In this document: positions 39,150 through 54,015 of the stretch, piece after piece
Layout of the letters: each line of letters starts with the position of its first letter
Position numbering within the stretch: position 1 is the stretch's first letter
Assembly: GCF_006345805.1 (NCBI RefSeq)
Contig: NC_043020.1
Span: 15,810,001-15,874,000, forward strand
Direction: 5' to 3'
DNA length: 64,000 bases
Source of the DNA: Octopus sinensis
Lineage: Eukaryota
The notes under the pieces: generated by a model
The model's database searches: none
Told to the model about the DNA's origin: nothing
What the model saw: the letters and a program-made list of their open reading frames with translations, nothing else
Translations under genes and position numbers: made by a program

Positions 39150-39317
39150 ACAGGAGTGGCTGTGTGGTAAGTAGCTTGCTTACCAACGACATGGTTCCGG
39201 GTTCAGTCCCACTGCGTGGCACCTTGGGCAAGTGTCTTCAACTATAGCCTCGGGCTGACCAAAGCCTTCTGAGTGGATCTGGTAGACGGAAACTGAAAGA
39301 AGCCAGTCATATATATG

Positions 39318-39364
<47 letters not shown>

Positions 39365-39585
39365 ATGTGCGTGTTTGTGTGTCTGTGTTTGTCCCCCCAA
39401 CATCGCTTGACAACCGATGCTGGTGTGCTTACATCCTCGTAACTTAGCGGTTCGGCAAAAAGAGACCGACAAAATAAGTACTAGGCTTACAAAGAATAAG
39501 TCCTGGGGTCGATTTGATCAACTAAAGGCAGTGCTCCAGCATGGCCAGTCACATGACTGACACAAGTAAAAGAATAAAAGAGAGA
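39150..39585 (+). mobile_element. SINE family A
   Basis: Family match. Confidence 0.9.
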
Positions 39586-40569
39586 GTTACAATCAAAACT
39601 ATCTTACAGCGTACAATATAATGAAGACACCTGACCATAGTATAAAACAATATAAAAAAAAAACATCTGATGCCACAGAAGAGGTTCCCATGTTGATGTC
39701 ATGTACAGAGCACCCAGTACACTCTGTAAAGGGGTTGGTGTTAAGAAGGGCATCCAGCTGTAAAAGCCATGGCAAAAAAGACAACTGCAGCCTGATCCAG
39801 CCCTCCGGCATATCAGCTCATGTCAAGCCATCCAACCCATGCCAGCATGGAAAATGGACAGTAAATGATGATGATGATGATGCAACCGCAGTGTACAGTA
39901 CAATCATGTTATATAACCACAGTAAACAACAACTTAACCATGCTATAGAATCACAACTCATAATCAAGCCATCTGATCACAGCATAAAATATAACCAAAC
40001 GAACCAACCACAGCACAGAACAACATAATTACATTATATAACTGTAATATACAACATAACCATGCTACATAACCACAACATAGCTTATAAGTAAGTCATT
40101 TAACCAGAAAATAGACTACAGCCATATAACCACAGTGCATAGCAACATAAAATGTGCATTATAAACACAATATTACAACACAAGCATGCTATATAACCAC
40201 AACTTACCTTATGATTAGGCCATATGACCAGAGCCTTCAAAGAGAAAAAAAATTACCATATGATTAGTTATATGGTCAAGTAAATAAAATGCTCGGTTGT
40301 CAATTCAGAGATCATGAGTTCAAATATGTATCTAGTGTTTCATTTGTTTTGTAATTCTCTAGTGTGGGGCACTTAATTTTACATGTCTTAAGTAGTGTAA
40401 AGAGTAGCCTTGACTCTCCAGATTTTAGTCTTTTACTCTTTTACTGATTTCGGTCTGTGGTCATACAGTGGCATCGTTTGAAGGGTTTTAGTCAATCAAA
40501 TTGATCCTAGATTTCATCTTATAATCATGGTACAACTTTCTGGAATTGCGAGGTTATGGGAATGTGAAC

Positions 40570-40970
40570 AGGAGTGGCTGTGTGGTAAGTAGCTTGCTAA
40601 CCAACCACATGGTTCCGGGTTCAGTCCCACTGCGTGGCATCTTGGGCAAGTGTCTTCTGCTATAGCCCTGGGCCAACCAATGCCTTGTAAGTGGATTTGG
40701 TAGATGGAAACTGAAAGAAGCTTGTCGTATATATGTATATATATGTGTGTGTGTGTGTCCGTGTTTGTCTTCCTAGCACTGCTTGAAAACCAATGCTGGT
40801 GTGTTTACATCCCCGTCACTTAGCAGTTCGGCAAAAGAGACCGATAGAATAAGTACTGGGCTTACAAATAATAAGTCCCGGGGTCGATTTGCTCGACTAA
40901 AGGCGGTGCTCCAGCATGGCCGCAGTCAAATAACTGAAACAAGCAAAAGAGTAAAAGAGTAAGAGAGTAT
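40570..40970 (+). mobile_element. SINE family A
   Basis: Family match. Confidence 0.9.
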
Positions 40971-41544
40971 CATGTAAAGACAAGTTACATAGACAAACAT
41001 ATACATCCATATATGCATGCATGTATGTGTTTGTAAATGCATGTGTACATATACACATATGTATACAAAACATACATGCATACAAACATATGTGAATATC
41101 TCTTTGAAAATCGAAGAGAAAGAAGTTAAGTATGAACAACTGCTTCAAAGCCTCCAACTTCTATATCTGAATTACACATTTATATTTATCCCAATAATAA
41201 TTGGAGAACTTGGTTTTGTAAGTAAATGCCTAACTGTCAGTCTTGGAATTTCAGGAAAAGAAATCGACCAACTCATTCATACGTTACAAATACAATCTGT
41301 AAGCAGAGCAGAAAACTATGCAAAACTTTTCTCAGGTTTAAAATGTGACATTGTTTTCACTATCTGCAGTCCAAAGACGAAGCTTTGTTTCTTTGTTAGA
41401 AACCAGCTCCTTCTTCACAGGAAGAAATTAAATGATTAGATATATATTATATTACACACACATAAACACATATTCGGAAAAATTCTTAAATTAAAAATAA
41501 TTTATTACAGAAAAAATCTTTTAAAAGAAAATTACCCCAAATGT

Positions 41545-42045
41545 TAGTTAGTTAGTTAGTTAGTTAATTTGGCTCAAAAGCAAAATAGCAAGGCCATATA
41601 GGGGGACATGGAGTTAAGTACAGGGTGGTGTTCATGTAAAGAATTCAGGCCACTTGAGGTCCAGGGAGGCTTTGAACAAAGCGGTCGTCGGCATCTTCAC
41701 CATCTCGTCTGGCAGCTTGTTCCACGGATCCGCAACCCGGACGGAGAAAGCTCCTCTCCTTCGATTGAGATGAAATCGTCGCAGGTAGAGCTTTTCGGAA
41801 TGACCCCGCAGCCGACGCTCTGGAGCAGGAGTGAAGAACAGCTCTTTCGAGAGGTTACACTTTCCGCTTATGATGTTGTGGGCGAGAATGAGATCACCAC
41901 GGCGGCGGCGTTTTTCAAGAGAATAAAGGTCGAGCGTCCTCAGCCTTTCTTCGTAGGACAAATTTTTGAGACCATGAACCATGCGGGTAGCCAGCTTCAG
42001 GAAGATTTTGTGTAAGTGCTTTCACTGTTTTCCAGTGAATATATT
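41545..42045 (-). mobile_element. 5'-truncated CR1-like LINE with (TAAC)n tail
   Basis: ORF 41632-41982: LSYEERLRTLDLYSLEKRRRRGDLI...LRGH..KL...FSVRVADPWNKLP; (GTTA)n at ~41545-41565. Confidence 0.92.
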
Positions 42046-42053
42046 ATAAGCTG

Positions 42054-42360
42054 TGGACGCGCAATTGCCCAGTGGTTAGGGCAGTGGACTCACGGTTGTA
42101 GGATCACGGTTTTGATTCCCAGACCAGGCATTGTGTTTATTGAGCAAAAACACCTAAAGCTCCACGAGGCTCCGGCAGGGTGATGGTGGCGATCCCTGCT
42201 GTACGCTTTTGCCACAACTTTCTCTCACTCTTTCTACTGTTGGCCTGCTCACTTAGCCAGCGGGGTGGCGTTATTTGAAGGCTAAAACAATGTGAAGCGC
42301 ATTGTGACCAGCGATGTGTAACAACATCTGATAGCCTGGTCGGTCACGGTGATCATGGTG
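42054..42360 (+). mobile_element. SINE family D (tRNA-like head)
   Basis: GCAAT(G/T)GCCCAGTGGTTAGGGCA...TTCGATTCCCAGACC; copies at 43080, 57483 (-), 59681. Confidence 0.85.
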
Positions 42361-43079
42361 ATATAAGATAATCCATGTTGTAGATTGTTTCCAGCAGTGG
42401 TTTACTGCATTTAGTAAATTACATGTCTACATGGAATGAGAACTATATTGGCCAAATAAGAACATGGACCAAGTCAGGGTACATAAACAAGAATTCAAGG
42501 ATCCGTCTTTTATGAATGCTCCATTTTTTAATCTCTAGATATTTGTATAAATGGGAAATTCAAGACCTTCATTTTTAAAGTTTTCTTTTACAAAATAAAG
42601 GCAGAAAATGATTAATTAAGACACACAAAAGACAAATAGTTTATAAAGATTTTCAATACGAAACTAAAACAGAAATAATGAAAACTGTTACTGAAGACAG
42701 TTACTATGATACAAATCAACTTACTTGATGTACAACTGTGTTGTATGTAAAATGTCTATTAGTTAATTAATGATACTTAATCAATGCTTAATTATTTTGC
42801 TTAATGACGAGCTACCAAAAATATAGATATGCAAATTAAGCTGCTCACCACAATAGCCTAATTTCTGATGGTTTTATATGTGTGTGTGTGTGTGTGTGTG
42901 CTGAGTGGTATATGTTAGTGAATGGGGAAGGAAACAAGGTGCATCTTCTGTGAGAGCTTTCAGCAAACCACAACTGTCAGGAGATTCTCCACCTATTTTT
43001 CTCGAACATCAGAAGTATAGACAGAATAGGTTTATATTATTTCTCTCACAGATAGAATATATATATATATATATATAAT

Positions 43080-43350
43080 GTGGAGGTGCAATGGCCCAGT
43101 CGTTAGGGCAACGGACTCGCAGTCGTAGGATCACGGTTTCGATTCCCAGACTGGGCGTTGTGTTTATTGAGTGAAAATACCTAAAGCTCCACGAGGCTCC
43201 AGCAGGGGGTGGTGGCGATCCCTGCTGTACTCTTTCGCTGCAACTTTCTCTCACTCTTTCTTGTGTTGGCCTGCTTGCTTAGCCAGTAGGGTGGCGTCAT
43301 TTGAAGGCTAAAACAATGCAAAGATAGCCTGGTTGGTCACATAATCACGT
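43080..43350 (+). mobile_element. SINE family D
   Basis: Family match. Confidence 0.85.
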
Positions 43351-43362
43351 GATATATATATA

Positions 43363-44665
43363 TGGGGTGTGATGGGTAAATTGTCACCATTCTATATTTT
43401 AAATTTTTCACATGTGCATTTTTGAATTTGATTTTGTTGACTACACAGTATAGTAGGGTCAGTCGGGCACAATCTGTGAGAAAAACAGCACTATGATGCA
43501 ATTCACTCTGCCAGAAATTTGGAAACGATATGCTGCACTGCTTGGCATTCATGCTGGAAACTCCAGTATGAACATTTCAGAGTGTTTGGGTGTCAATCTG
43601 AGGACAATGCAGAAGATTCGGAAAGAGTAGGATGAGTCTAATGGTGATTACGAAGCCATGGCAGCTCAGAAAACTCAGTCTGATCATTTTCATCAGGAAA
43701 GAACTCCTGAATTTCTTGGTGAGATCCAGGCCATGATTGACAACAATCCCTCCAAATCAATCAGGTCCATCGCTATGGACATGGGAGTATCTGAGCTTCT
43801 TATCAGGCAAGTAATGCATGAAGACATTCAGTATTCCTCATACAAGATGAGAAAGGGCCAATTTTTATCCCAAGCCATCAAGGACAAGAGGAAAGACCAC
43901 ACTACGAAGCATTTGAACAAACTCTTGTATCCCCTCCAACTGAACATGCTTTGGTTTTTCTCAGATGAGAAAAATTTCTGCCAGGATCAGATGGTGAATA
44001 CACAGAACAACTGTTACCTTGCTGTGTCCCCAAAACATGTATTGAGAGTGATAAAAATCAAACATCTGGTCAACATCATGGTGTTTGGAGTGATCACTAG
44101 TGATGGCAAAGTAATGCCTCCATTCATCTTCCCACACAGCCTCAGACTCAACACAGTGGCCTACATCAAGTGTCTGGAGGAGGTAGTGCTGCCCTGGGTC
44201 AAGAGGGTGGCTGGTAGAAGACCCTTTGTCTAGCAGCAGGACTCTGCACCATGTCACACAAGCAGGAGAACCCAGTCATGGCTATCAGACAATCTCTGCG
44301 ACCATATCACCCCTAACATCTGGCCACCTAACTCCCCAGACTGCAACCCCCTTGGTTATTATGTGTGGGATGCAGTTGAGTGAGAGACCAACAAAACTCC
44401 TTGTAACACCAAAGATGAACTGAAGGCAAGGATTATGGCAGCATTTACCAACTTAATCAAGGAAACTGTCTGGAAGAGCTGCAGGAGATTCCAAAGTCAT
44501 CTGGAGGCCGTGGTTGAAGCCAATGGCAATTCTATTGAATAAATTTACTCTTTAGTATTTCAAGATATTTTAATGCAATTTTGGAAAATATATCTGTTAA
44601 AATGAGATGTCAGTGTTATTTTCATTTTTGTGTAATTTAGACGACAGTTTATTCACCACACTCTG
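43363..44665 (+). mobile_element. Tc1/mariner transposon, DD37D (maT-type), full length, inactive
   Basis: Degenerate TIRs in TA context; transposase pseudogene inside. Confidence 0.9.
43493..44542 (+). pseudogene. DD37D transposase with in-frame stops
   Basis: FFSDEKNF; QQDSAPCH; WPPNSPDCNPL(G)YYVW. 37 residues between D2 and the D3 position; D3 is mutated to G here and is intact (PLDYY) in the second copy. Confidence 0.92.
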
Positions 44666-44856
44666 TATATATAGGCACAAGCATGGCTGTGTGGTTAAGA
44701 ACATCATTTCCCAACCACATGGTTCTGGGTTCAATCCCACTAAATAGTAGAAGAGGCAATCAAATAAGTGTCTCTTCTACTATAGCATTGGGTTAACTAA
44801 TAGCTCCCAACCAATGGCATTCGGTTGGGGTCCACCAATCAAATGCAGAATGTTGT

Positions 44857-44899
<43 letters not shown>

Positions 44900-44985
44900 A
44901 AGATATATATATATATATATATAGGAAATTCTATCTATGAGAGAAATAGCAATATAAACATGCTCCATATATACTTATATATATA

Positions 44986-45503
44986 CTAGCAGTATCGCCC
45001 GGCGTTGCTCGGGTTTGTAAGGGAAATAACTATATAAGCATTTTTAGATAGTTACTTCCCTTATAGATGCCAATTCGGGCTTTCTTAGCCATTTCTGTTT
45101 TGGTGTCTTCAAGCCATGAAGTCGTTGTTCTAAAAGAACGCTGGTCTCCTTGACAACGCTTTACGACGTTGATTTCCTTACACTCCCTTCCCCACAGCTT
45201 CACGAGGGAGGGAAGAAGGGAGAGAAGCAAACAGGTGCAGATGTGAGCGTGGACGCCAACTCCGCCGCCATCGACACACGAAAAATTATGCATTAAAATA
45301 GAATAAAAAATGATGTTAAATTATTTTTAAAATCGTAGACTCATCGTAGACGCGCGCTAATAGCCAGACGGGCTCGATATGAATCACGACTATAAGATAT
45401 CCGAATTTAGTTAAACTGCACCGCAAAATGTGGGAGGAGTTAGGAATCTAAATCGAAGAGGACAGACACTCACACAACTACAGTTTTATATATATAAATA
45501 TAG
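44986..45503 (-). mobile_element. Non-autonomous Helitron with a different internal segment
   Basis: Minus-strand CCCGAGCAACGCCGGG...CTAG|T end; 5' part matches 27534-27720. Confidence 0.85.
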
Positions 45504-46299
45504 GCTTGATGATCAAACAGGAAAACAAAAGTCAAAACATGACCTTATATAGTTTTCATAAATAATTGGCCAAGAGTATCATGTGACAGCACTAATCAAA
45601 TTAGCTTCAAACGCACCGTCATCATCATCATCACATTCATTTTAATAACCAGTTTGATGTTAGCATGGATCAGATGGAATTCATTGAGGTTGATTTTCTG
45701 CGGATGGATATTCGTCTTGCCACCAACCATCACTTGTTTCCATAGCAGGTAATATTTCCCTAAGACCAGACATGTTTCCATAGAAAATTGGAAACAACAA
45801 CACTTGTATGACAGTGATGCTTCACACAGATATGACGGTCTTCTTTCTGTCAATGAAATCCACTCAGAAAGTTTTGCTTGGCTGAAGACTATCGTAGAAA
45901 ACACCTGCTGAAGCTGTTGCACAGTGGAACTGCAATCAAGACCACCTGTTTGAGAAGGAAATTTCTTAACTATACAACCATGCTTGCACCTCACATTCAT
46001 AATTTTTTTATAACTAATTCCCATTTTTATTCAGTCTGAAAGAAATGGTAGAGAATTCGGCTGTCATTGAATATTATTTAAGACAGGGAGCTTCATTATT
46101 TCAGTGCTTCATTTCACATTCTCTGAAACTCATTGACAATATCAAAGGTAAAAGGAACTTGAAAAGATCAAAGAAAAGCAAAACGAAGAAAAAACACCTG
46201 AAGCTTAAGGTTTTGATATCTAAACCTAAGGTAAAAACATCATTCAAGAAGTAGATCATGTTGCTGTTGTTATTGATTTGACAGCAAGTGGTCAAATAA

Positions 46300-47305
46300 A
46301 ATAGACTTAAGATGTAATGCAAAGTTGACCTTGGCAGAATTTGAACTCAAATAAAACCTAAGGTAAAACATCGTTCAAGAAGTAGATCGACTGAAAGTGG
46401 TCAAATCAAAGAGACTTAGGATCAAACAGACTTGGGATATAAAGCAAAGTTGACTTTGGCAGAATTTGAACCCAGAATGCAAGGCTAGATTAAATGCTGC
46501 TAAGCATTTTGCCCAGTAAATGCCGCCAAGGTCGACTTTGCCTTTCATCCTTTTGGAGATCGATAAATTAAGTACCAGTTATATACTGGGGTCAATGTAA
46601 TCGAATGGTCACCTCCCTAAAAATTTCAGGCCTTGTGCCTATAGTAGAAGGGATTATTATTATTATTATTATTATCATCATTCAGGTGGTGAGCTGGAAG
46701 AATCATTAGCACGCCTGTCTTACTGTTTTGAGTTCAACTTTGCCTTTCATCCTTTTGGGGTTGATAAATTAAGTACTAGTCGAGTACTGGGGTCAATGTG
46801 ATTGGCTATCCCCTCCTCACAAATTCCAGGCCTTGTACTTAAAGCAGAAAGGATTATTATTACTATTATTATTATTATTAAAGACTGAAAGATGGCAGAA
46901 TTATTAGCATGTTGGACAAAATGCTTTTTGGCATTTATTCCAACTTTACATTCTGAGCTTAAATTTCACCAAGGTTGGATCAATAAAATAAGTACCAATC
47001 TACCATGGAGTTTCCTTCCCCAAAAGTTCAGTCCTTGTACCTATCGTCAAAAGAATTATTACTATGTTATTATCAAAGTCATCGAGAAGACAGCAAAGTG
47101 GCAGAATCGTTAACACACTAGGAAAAATGCTTAGCAGCATTTCGTCTGTCTTTATGTTCTGAGTTCAAATTCCATCAAGGTTGACTTTGTCTTTCATTCT
47201 TTCAGGGTTGACAAAGTAAGTACCAGTTGAATACTAGGGTTGATGTAATTGACTTACCCACTTCCCCTAAAATTACTGGCTTTCTACTGAAATTTGAAAC
47301 CATTA
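46300..47305 (+). mobile_element. Cluster of diverged SINE family B copies and fragments
   Basis: Repeated GTCGACTTTGCCTTTCATCC and AAGTACCAGT motifs. Confidence 0.75.
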
Positions 47306-48151
47306 TTAAAATAATAGAGATGAGGTGTGGGGTGGAAAGACCTAGCTGCTATTACTGGCAGATCTTGCAACCGCATACAGACTCTCTCTCACTCACTCAC
47401 TGGTCCAAGAAATATATAATTTTATGTTTCTATGAGTAGGAAGTGCTCCTGCCTTAAACCATTTCAATACCAACCAACCTGAGACTGCCACTAACTCCAT
47501 AGAATATAAGCATTTATTTTTAGCTGTTAAAATTTAAATTAAAATCTCTTGTCATAATGTAATTTAAAAACATTTTGTTGAACTACATCTCAAGCTTAAT
47601 AATAACAAAATCAGTTATATTATTAAATTTTTCAAAATATTTAGTTTACAAAATAATTTAAAACACATATTCAAGATATTTTCTTTAAAGACATGCTCAT
47701 GAAAGGCTTAAAGAATGGTATGTCTATAGAGAATGTTTTAAAGATAACAAAATTAAAGCAAAGCAGCAGTCTAAAGTTGGTTGGATTCTACCTTGTTTTA
47801 TATTTCAAGAGATTTTTCACCCCTAAACCTCTATATAGTTATCCATAGCAATTGCATGTGTGTGTAATGATGTGTGAATGTGTGTGTGTGTGTGTGAAAG
47901 AAAGAGAGAGAGAGTATTTCTTTATTCACCATAAGGTTGAGAAAAAGAGGGGACAATACGGGGGGGGGACAGACAAAACAAAAGTTGGGGTCAGGGTATC
48001 GAATGAATAAACAAACAATTAAAATATATACAATTAAATGAGAATGTAGAAGACACTTTCTCCGAGGTGCCACACTTCTTATCACACAGTCATGATTGCT
48101 CTCTCTCTCTCTCCCCTCCCCCCGCTCTCTCTCTCGTCTTCTCCAGATCCC

Positions 48152-48200
<49 letters not shown>

Positions 48201-48881
48201 GAGCAATCATGACTGTGTGGTAAGAAGTTTATTTCCTAACCACATGGTTCTGGATTTAGTCTCACAATGTGGCACCTCCGCAAAGTGTCTTCTACTATAG
48301 CCTCAGGTCAGTCAGGTCCTTTTGAAAGGATTTGGTAGATGGAAACTGAATCAGCCTGCTGTATATGTGTGTCTTAGTCCCCTACCACTGCTTGATAATT
48401 GGTGTTGGTGTGTTTATGTTGTCATAACTTAGCAGCTTGGTAATACGAGACTAACAGAATGAGTTCCAGGCTTAAAAACAAAAGTACCGGACTTGACTTG
48501 TTCAAGTAAAACCCTTCAAGATGGTGCCCCAGCATGGCCATGGTCTAATGATTGAAACACTGAAACCACTAAAAGATTATATATCTATATATATATAATA
48601 GAAATATATTACAAAAAGAAAATAGAAACTACACGTGGAAATGTAAGGGGGAAGTAAGAAGAAAAATAAGCGAAAATGCACATTGGAGATAAAAAAAAAG
48701 TAAAGGCTTTTTATGAAAAGTAACGATAGATATATACAATTAGATTAACTAAGGTAGAAATAAAAGTAATAAAAGTCATTATTGTGAATTGTTAAAGAGA
48801 TTCAAAAGCATACGGTTTCCTGAATTTACTTATCATTGCTTTGAATGTACACCGATAATGAACGGTGTCATATATATATAT

Positions 48882-48920
<39 letters not shown>

Positions 48921-48923
<3 letters not shown>

Positions 48924-49030
48924 CATGTACACTGCAACATAATTTCTTACATGTACACTGCAACATAATTTCTACATGTACACTGCAACATAATTTCTTA
49001 CATGTACACTGCAACATAATTTCTACATGT
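48921..49030. repeat. 25/26-bp tandem repeat CATGTACACTGCAACATAATTTCT(T)A, about 4.5 copies
   Basis: Direct reading. Confidence 0.9.
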
Positions 49031-49300
49031 ACACTGCAACATAATTTCTTTTCCTCAACAGGCCCTGCCCTATTTAACATTGCCCCGAGGGAGATCAAAG
49101 AGGAAAAGGATCCCATCAACTTTAAACAGAGTCTGGATAGATTCCTTCAAAGAATAACAAATAAGCCACCCATAATTGGATACAACTCACCCAACAAGAA
49201 CTCACTACTTGAACAAAACTTGACTTAAACTGGATTCGAATACTCCTATCAGGTGGTGCTATTAAGTTAGACATGGCCTGGACCAATCTTTGGTCGAAAC
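49030..49300 (+). mobile_element. LINE ORF2 extreme C-terminus and 3' end fragment
   Basis: GPALFNIAPREIK.....FKQSLDRFLQRI...P...GY....NSLL. Confidence 0.7.
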
Positions 49301-49558
49301 ATTCTAAGTTTTATATATTATATTTTATATATTATATATACACCACACACACATATATATATATATATCTATAGAATATGAAGGGTTTAGTTCACTGATG
49401 ATCTAAACTAATAGGTACGCTGTGTAAGTGCTATAATTGGTCATCTATTAGGTTCCAAGTTCACAGCTGAGGCTAGATCTAGTGATCTGTGGTAGGCTTC
49501 CAAAGGAAAACAAAACGAAGGCCAGAGGAGTATCTCTTGACCTGAGATACTTTTCCTG

Positions 49559-49608
<50 letters not shown>

Positions 49609-50591
49609 CATATATACATACACATATATACATATATATACATACATATATACATATACACATATACACATACACATATATACATATACACATATACACA
49701 TATATACATATATACAAATATACACACAAACACACACAAACAGATCAGATAATACACATATACTACTTATGTGCTATCACAACATACTGTACTTTGACAT
49801 GATGTCTTGACACATTATTTTGACATGCTATGTCTTAATATAGTATGTCAAATAGTATGTGTTTGACATGTTGTGTCTTGACATTGCATGTGTCCTGTTA
49901 TACTATTTCTTGACAACTCTGTTTGACATATTGTTTGACACATTGCATCTTGATGGTATGTAATAACACTGTGTCTTGACAATTTGAGTGTTGACATATT
50001 GTTTTGAGATAGTATATACAAGGTGTCAACACAATATACATTACATTTTAAAAGAATATGTCTAATGCCTTGACATCATGAGGTACTGTCGAGACAGTAC
50101 GTCACAGTATATAGCTTGTAATAAGGCACAGAATGACGAGGTGGCTACTGAGGGGGTACCTGATAATAATAGGAAGAAAAATATAATGTAGAGTGGCTAG
50201 CTAGTAGTGCCAACACAGAATATGTAGCATGGATGAGGAGGAGGAGGAAGAAGAAGAAGAAGAAGAAGAAGAGGGAGGAGTAGGAGGAGTAGAAGGAGGT
50301 GGAAAAAAACAGGTGAAGCAGGTGTGTTTAAGTAGAAAATGTCTGAAATTTGTTGTTTCTAAAGAAGAGAGAAACAAAGAATAGAAAAGAAAAAAAAAAA
50401 TAACAAAAAAAAAGCAGAAAAATGAAAATCAATAAGAAACTAAAGCATTGATACAGCAGCTGAAAGTATGTAGGTTGTTGTTGTTGTTGCTGTAATTGTT
50501 GTTGTTGTTGTTGTTGCTGCTGTTATTGTTGTTACTGTTGTTCTAGCTGCTTTAAGACAAACAAACAATAACACATGGCTGCTAAAGAGTC

Positions 50592-50637
<46 letters not shown>

Positions 50638-51464
50638 CCAACAATAATGATGATGATGATGTTAATGATGATGATGTTAATAATAGTAACAACAACAACA
50701 ACAACAGATGGGAAGGGCAAGGCCTGTATCTGTTAAAACTGAAACATGAGGTAGATAGAAGAATCAGGTTAAGTTTACTGATATTTTCAATCCAGATTTT
50801 TAGTGGGTGGTCACTTTCTTGTTTGCAATTATTTTCTATCTTAGTTATTGATTTGCTTCACTGCAATCTAGGTTTGTTACTTTATTTTATTTTATTTGAT
50901 TTGATTTGATTTGATTTGATTTTTTTTTTTTTTTTTGAGCTTTATTATGATTTTCAATAAACATTGTTTCTAGGGCAAGTGAAAATACAAAGAAACCACA
51001 TTTATATATGATATCATTGTCTCGTTACTGTTACTCGTTACTCTTCCGATAATGAACCCGCCTGAGACCACCCTTGGTTCCAATGACAGAGACTTCCTGT
51101 CTTAAAGCGATCTAAATTAAAACCTTCCATCAAGATTTCTCGTTAATTTATGTTCCAAACATCAGCTTAATAACAACAGTTATTTTTACTAAATTCCTCA
51201 TTACTCTCAAAAATTAATTGAAATGCAAGCAGTATATTTCAACAGAAATATGATAACAAAAGGGTTGATATTGATTTTTAACACGAGCACATGACCCCAA
51301 AAATTGGTTAAGGGATATTATTATCCATTCATCCATCTATTTCCATGAGGATCATAGGGGCTGGAAGGCCTGTGGCTTGGTGGTTCGGGGGTCGCACTCC
51401 CGTTTGCAAGATCGTGGGTTTGATTCCTGGACTGAGTGGTGTGTTGTGTTCTTGTCTAAGACTC

Positions 51465-51785
51465 TCTCTTTTACTCTTTTACTTGTTTCAGTCATTTGAC
51501 TGCGGCCATGCTGGAGCACCGCCTTTAGTCAAGCAAATCGACCCCGGGACTTATTCTTTGTAAGCCCAGTACTTATTCTATCGGTCTCTTTTTGCCGAAC
51601 CGCTAGGTGACGGGGGACGTAAACACACCAGCTGTCAACCAATGCTAGGGGGACAAACACAGACACACAAACATATACACACACACTTATATATATATAT
51701 ATATACATATATACGACAGGCTTATTTCAGTTTCCGTCTACCAAATCCACTCACAAGGCATTGGTCGGCCCGGGGCTATAGAAGA
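51465..51785 (-). mobile_element. SINE family A, 5'-truncated
   Basis: Family match. Confidence 0.88.
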
Positions 51786-52799
51786 CACTTCATTTCACAT
51801 TGCTCCAGTCCACTCAGCTGGCAAAAATGAGTAATCCTGCGATGGACTGGTGTCCCATCCAGGTGGGAAATATACATACCTTGGAAACTGGGAAACCGGC
51901 CCTTATGAGTGGGAGAGTGGCAGAATTGTTGGTGCATCAGCAGAGATGCTTCACGGTGTATCTTCCAGCTCTCTACATTTTGATTGCGAATTCCACCTTC
52001 CTGGAGAAAGAATGATAAACCACTCCAGTTTTCATCCCAAGTCTAGTCATAGAAGTTCTAGTAACCTGCTTAATGGCAGTAGGGGAGGGCATGGGCTCTC
52101 CTAGAGAGTGCTGGAGAAGGTTCACAAGCACAGGACCCGCTCAAGGGCAGACTACTGCTAGACTAGACATGGGGGTAGAGTCTTCAGTCATGCCTTCCAT
52201 AAGGTTCTGTTAGAAGCCACTCTCAGTAAATGTTCTAAGTAAAATCCCTGAGTAAACCCAACCAAGGCTATGGATATTAGCCAGCCATCTCACTCTTGTT
52301 CTATTCCTGTAAAATCTCTCCTGTGATTTATTCCTCAGCTACTCTAACCACATGGGCTATCATCATCATCATTCTTATGACCCTTCATCCATTCAGGGCT
52401 GATAAAATAGGGTACCAGTCAAGTATTGAGGTTGATACAATCAGATCTCTCTCTCCCACTAAAATTGTTGGCTGTGTGCCACTGTAACTGACTAGCCCCT
52501 CACCTCAAATTTTAAGCCTTGTGCCTACAGTAAAAAGGATTATTATTATCGTTATTGTTAAGGGCATAGTTTATGTAAAACATAAGCATCAAGTTATACA
52601 GTATCCATCTATGGGCTTCCGTCTTCCATACAGTTCCCATCCACCCAATATTACTCATAAGGCATTGGTCATCTCAAAAGGGAAACAGAAAACACTTAAC
52701 CCAGGTACCATGAAGCAGGATCGAACCCAAAACCACAGTGGTTAAGGAGCAAATTTCTTAACGACACAACCACCTCAGAACCATGCCTGCGCCTAGATA

Positions 52800-52820
52800 T
52801 ATGAATGTGTTTATGTGTGA

Positions 52821-52864
<44 letters not shown>

Positions 52865-52909
52865 GTGTGTGTGTGTGCGTGTATGTATATATATATGTGT
52901 GTGTGTGTG

Positions 52910-52969
<60 letters not shown>

Positions 52970-53008
52970 GTATACATATGTATATATACATATATAGGAT
53001 AATACCAT

Positions 53009-53047
<39 letters not shown>

Positions 53048-53984
53048 TATATATATATACATACATATATGTATACATATGTATATGTACATATATAGGA
53101 TAATACCATCAATAATAAATATATATATATACATGCATATATGTATACATATGTATATATACATATATAGGATAATACCATCGATAATAAATATATATAT
53201 ATATATATATATATTATAATATATATATATATATATATATACATATGTATATGTACATATGTATATGTACATATATATATGCATATATGTGTGTGTGTGC
53301 ATGTATGTATACACACACTGGCATATATATCAATATATAATGTCAAGGTATATATAGAGATATGCTTGTGTGCGAATGTACGCAAATGTGTGTAAAATTA
53401 AAGCTTCGTGCTGTCATCACACCAAGCAAATAAATAAAATTCTAATCTATATATTGAGTGTTTTCCCTCTCGTCTTTATCTCCCCCACCACCAAACACAC
53501 ACATTATTGATGTTTATGTGTGTATGCAGGTATGTATAATATATATTCATATGCACATCTTTTGTTTGGTCATATACATATGTATGCATAGGTGTTTGTG
53601 TGTGTGTGCGATTGTTTGCCGTGCGTACTTACATACCTCTACTCATATAGACACATATATTGTCATACCTATACATATATAGAAACATATAGACACACAC
53701 ACATACTGTCATACCTATATATAGACACATACATACGCATACTGTCACACAAACATATATATCTATAGAGGCATACATACCACATACACATTCACACATA
53801 CTGTCATGCCCATATTTATAGCCACATGCATACCACATACATGCACATACACACACACAGTCACATTCATATATATATAGAGAGACATATACACATCACA
53901 TATACACACACATATTGTTACATCCATATAGGCACATACACACCACACACAGTCACACACACAGTCATATCCATATAGACACAT

Positions 53985-54015
<31 letters not shown>

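Noticed and set aside
41017-41439. 140-aa ORF as a host exon (also 45596-46254, 6301-6726)
   Set aside because: Starts in microsatellite or crosses repeats; no recognisable domain or splice support
49395-49401. CTGATGA candidate hammerhead
   Set aside because: No downstream GAAA with a stem III and no complement to the upstream TAGTTCA
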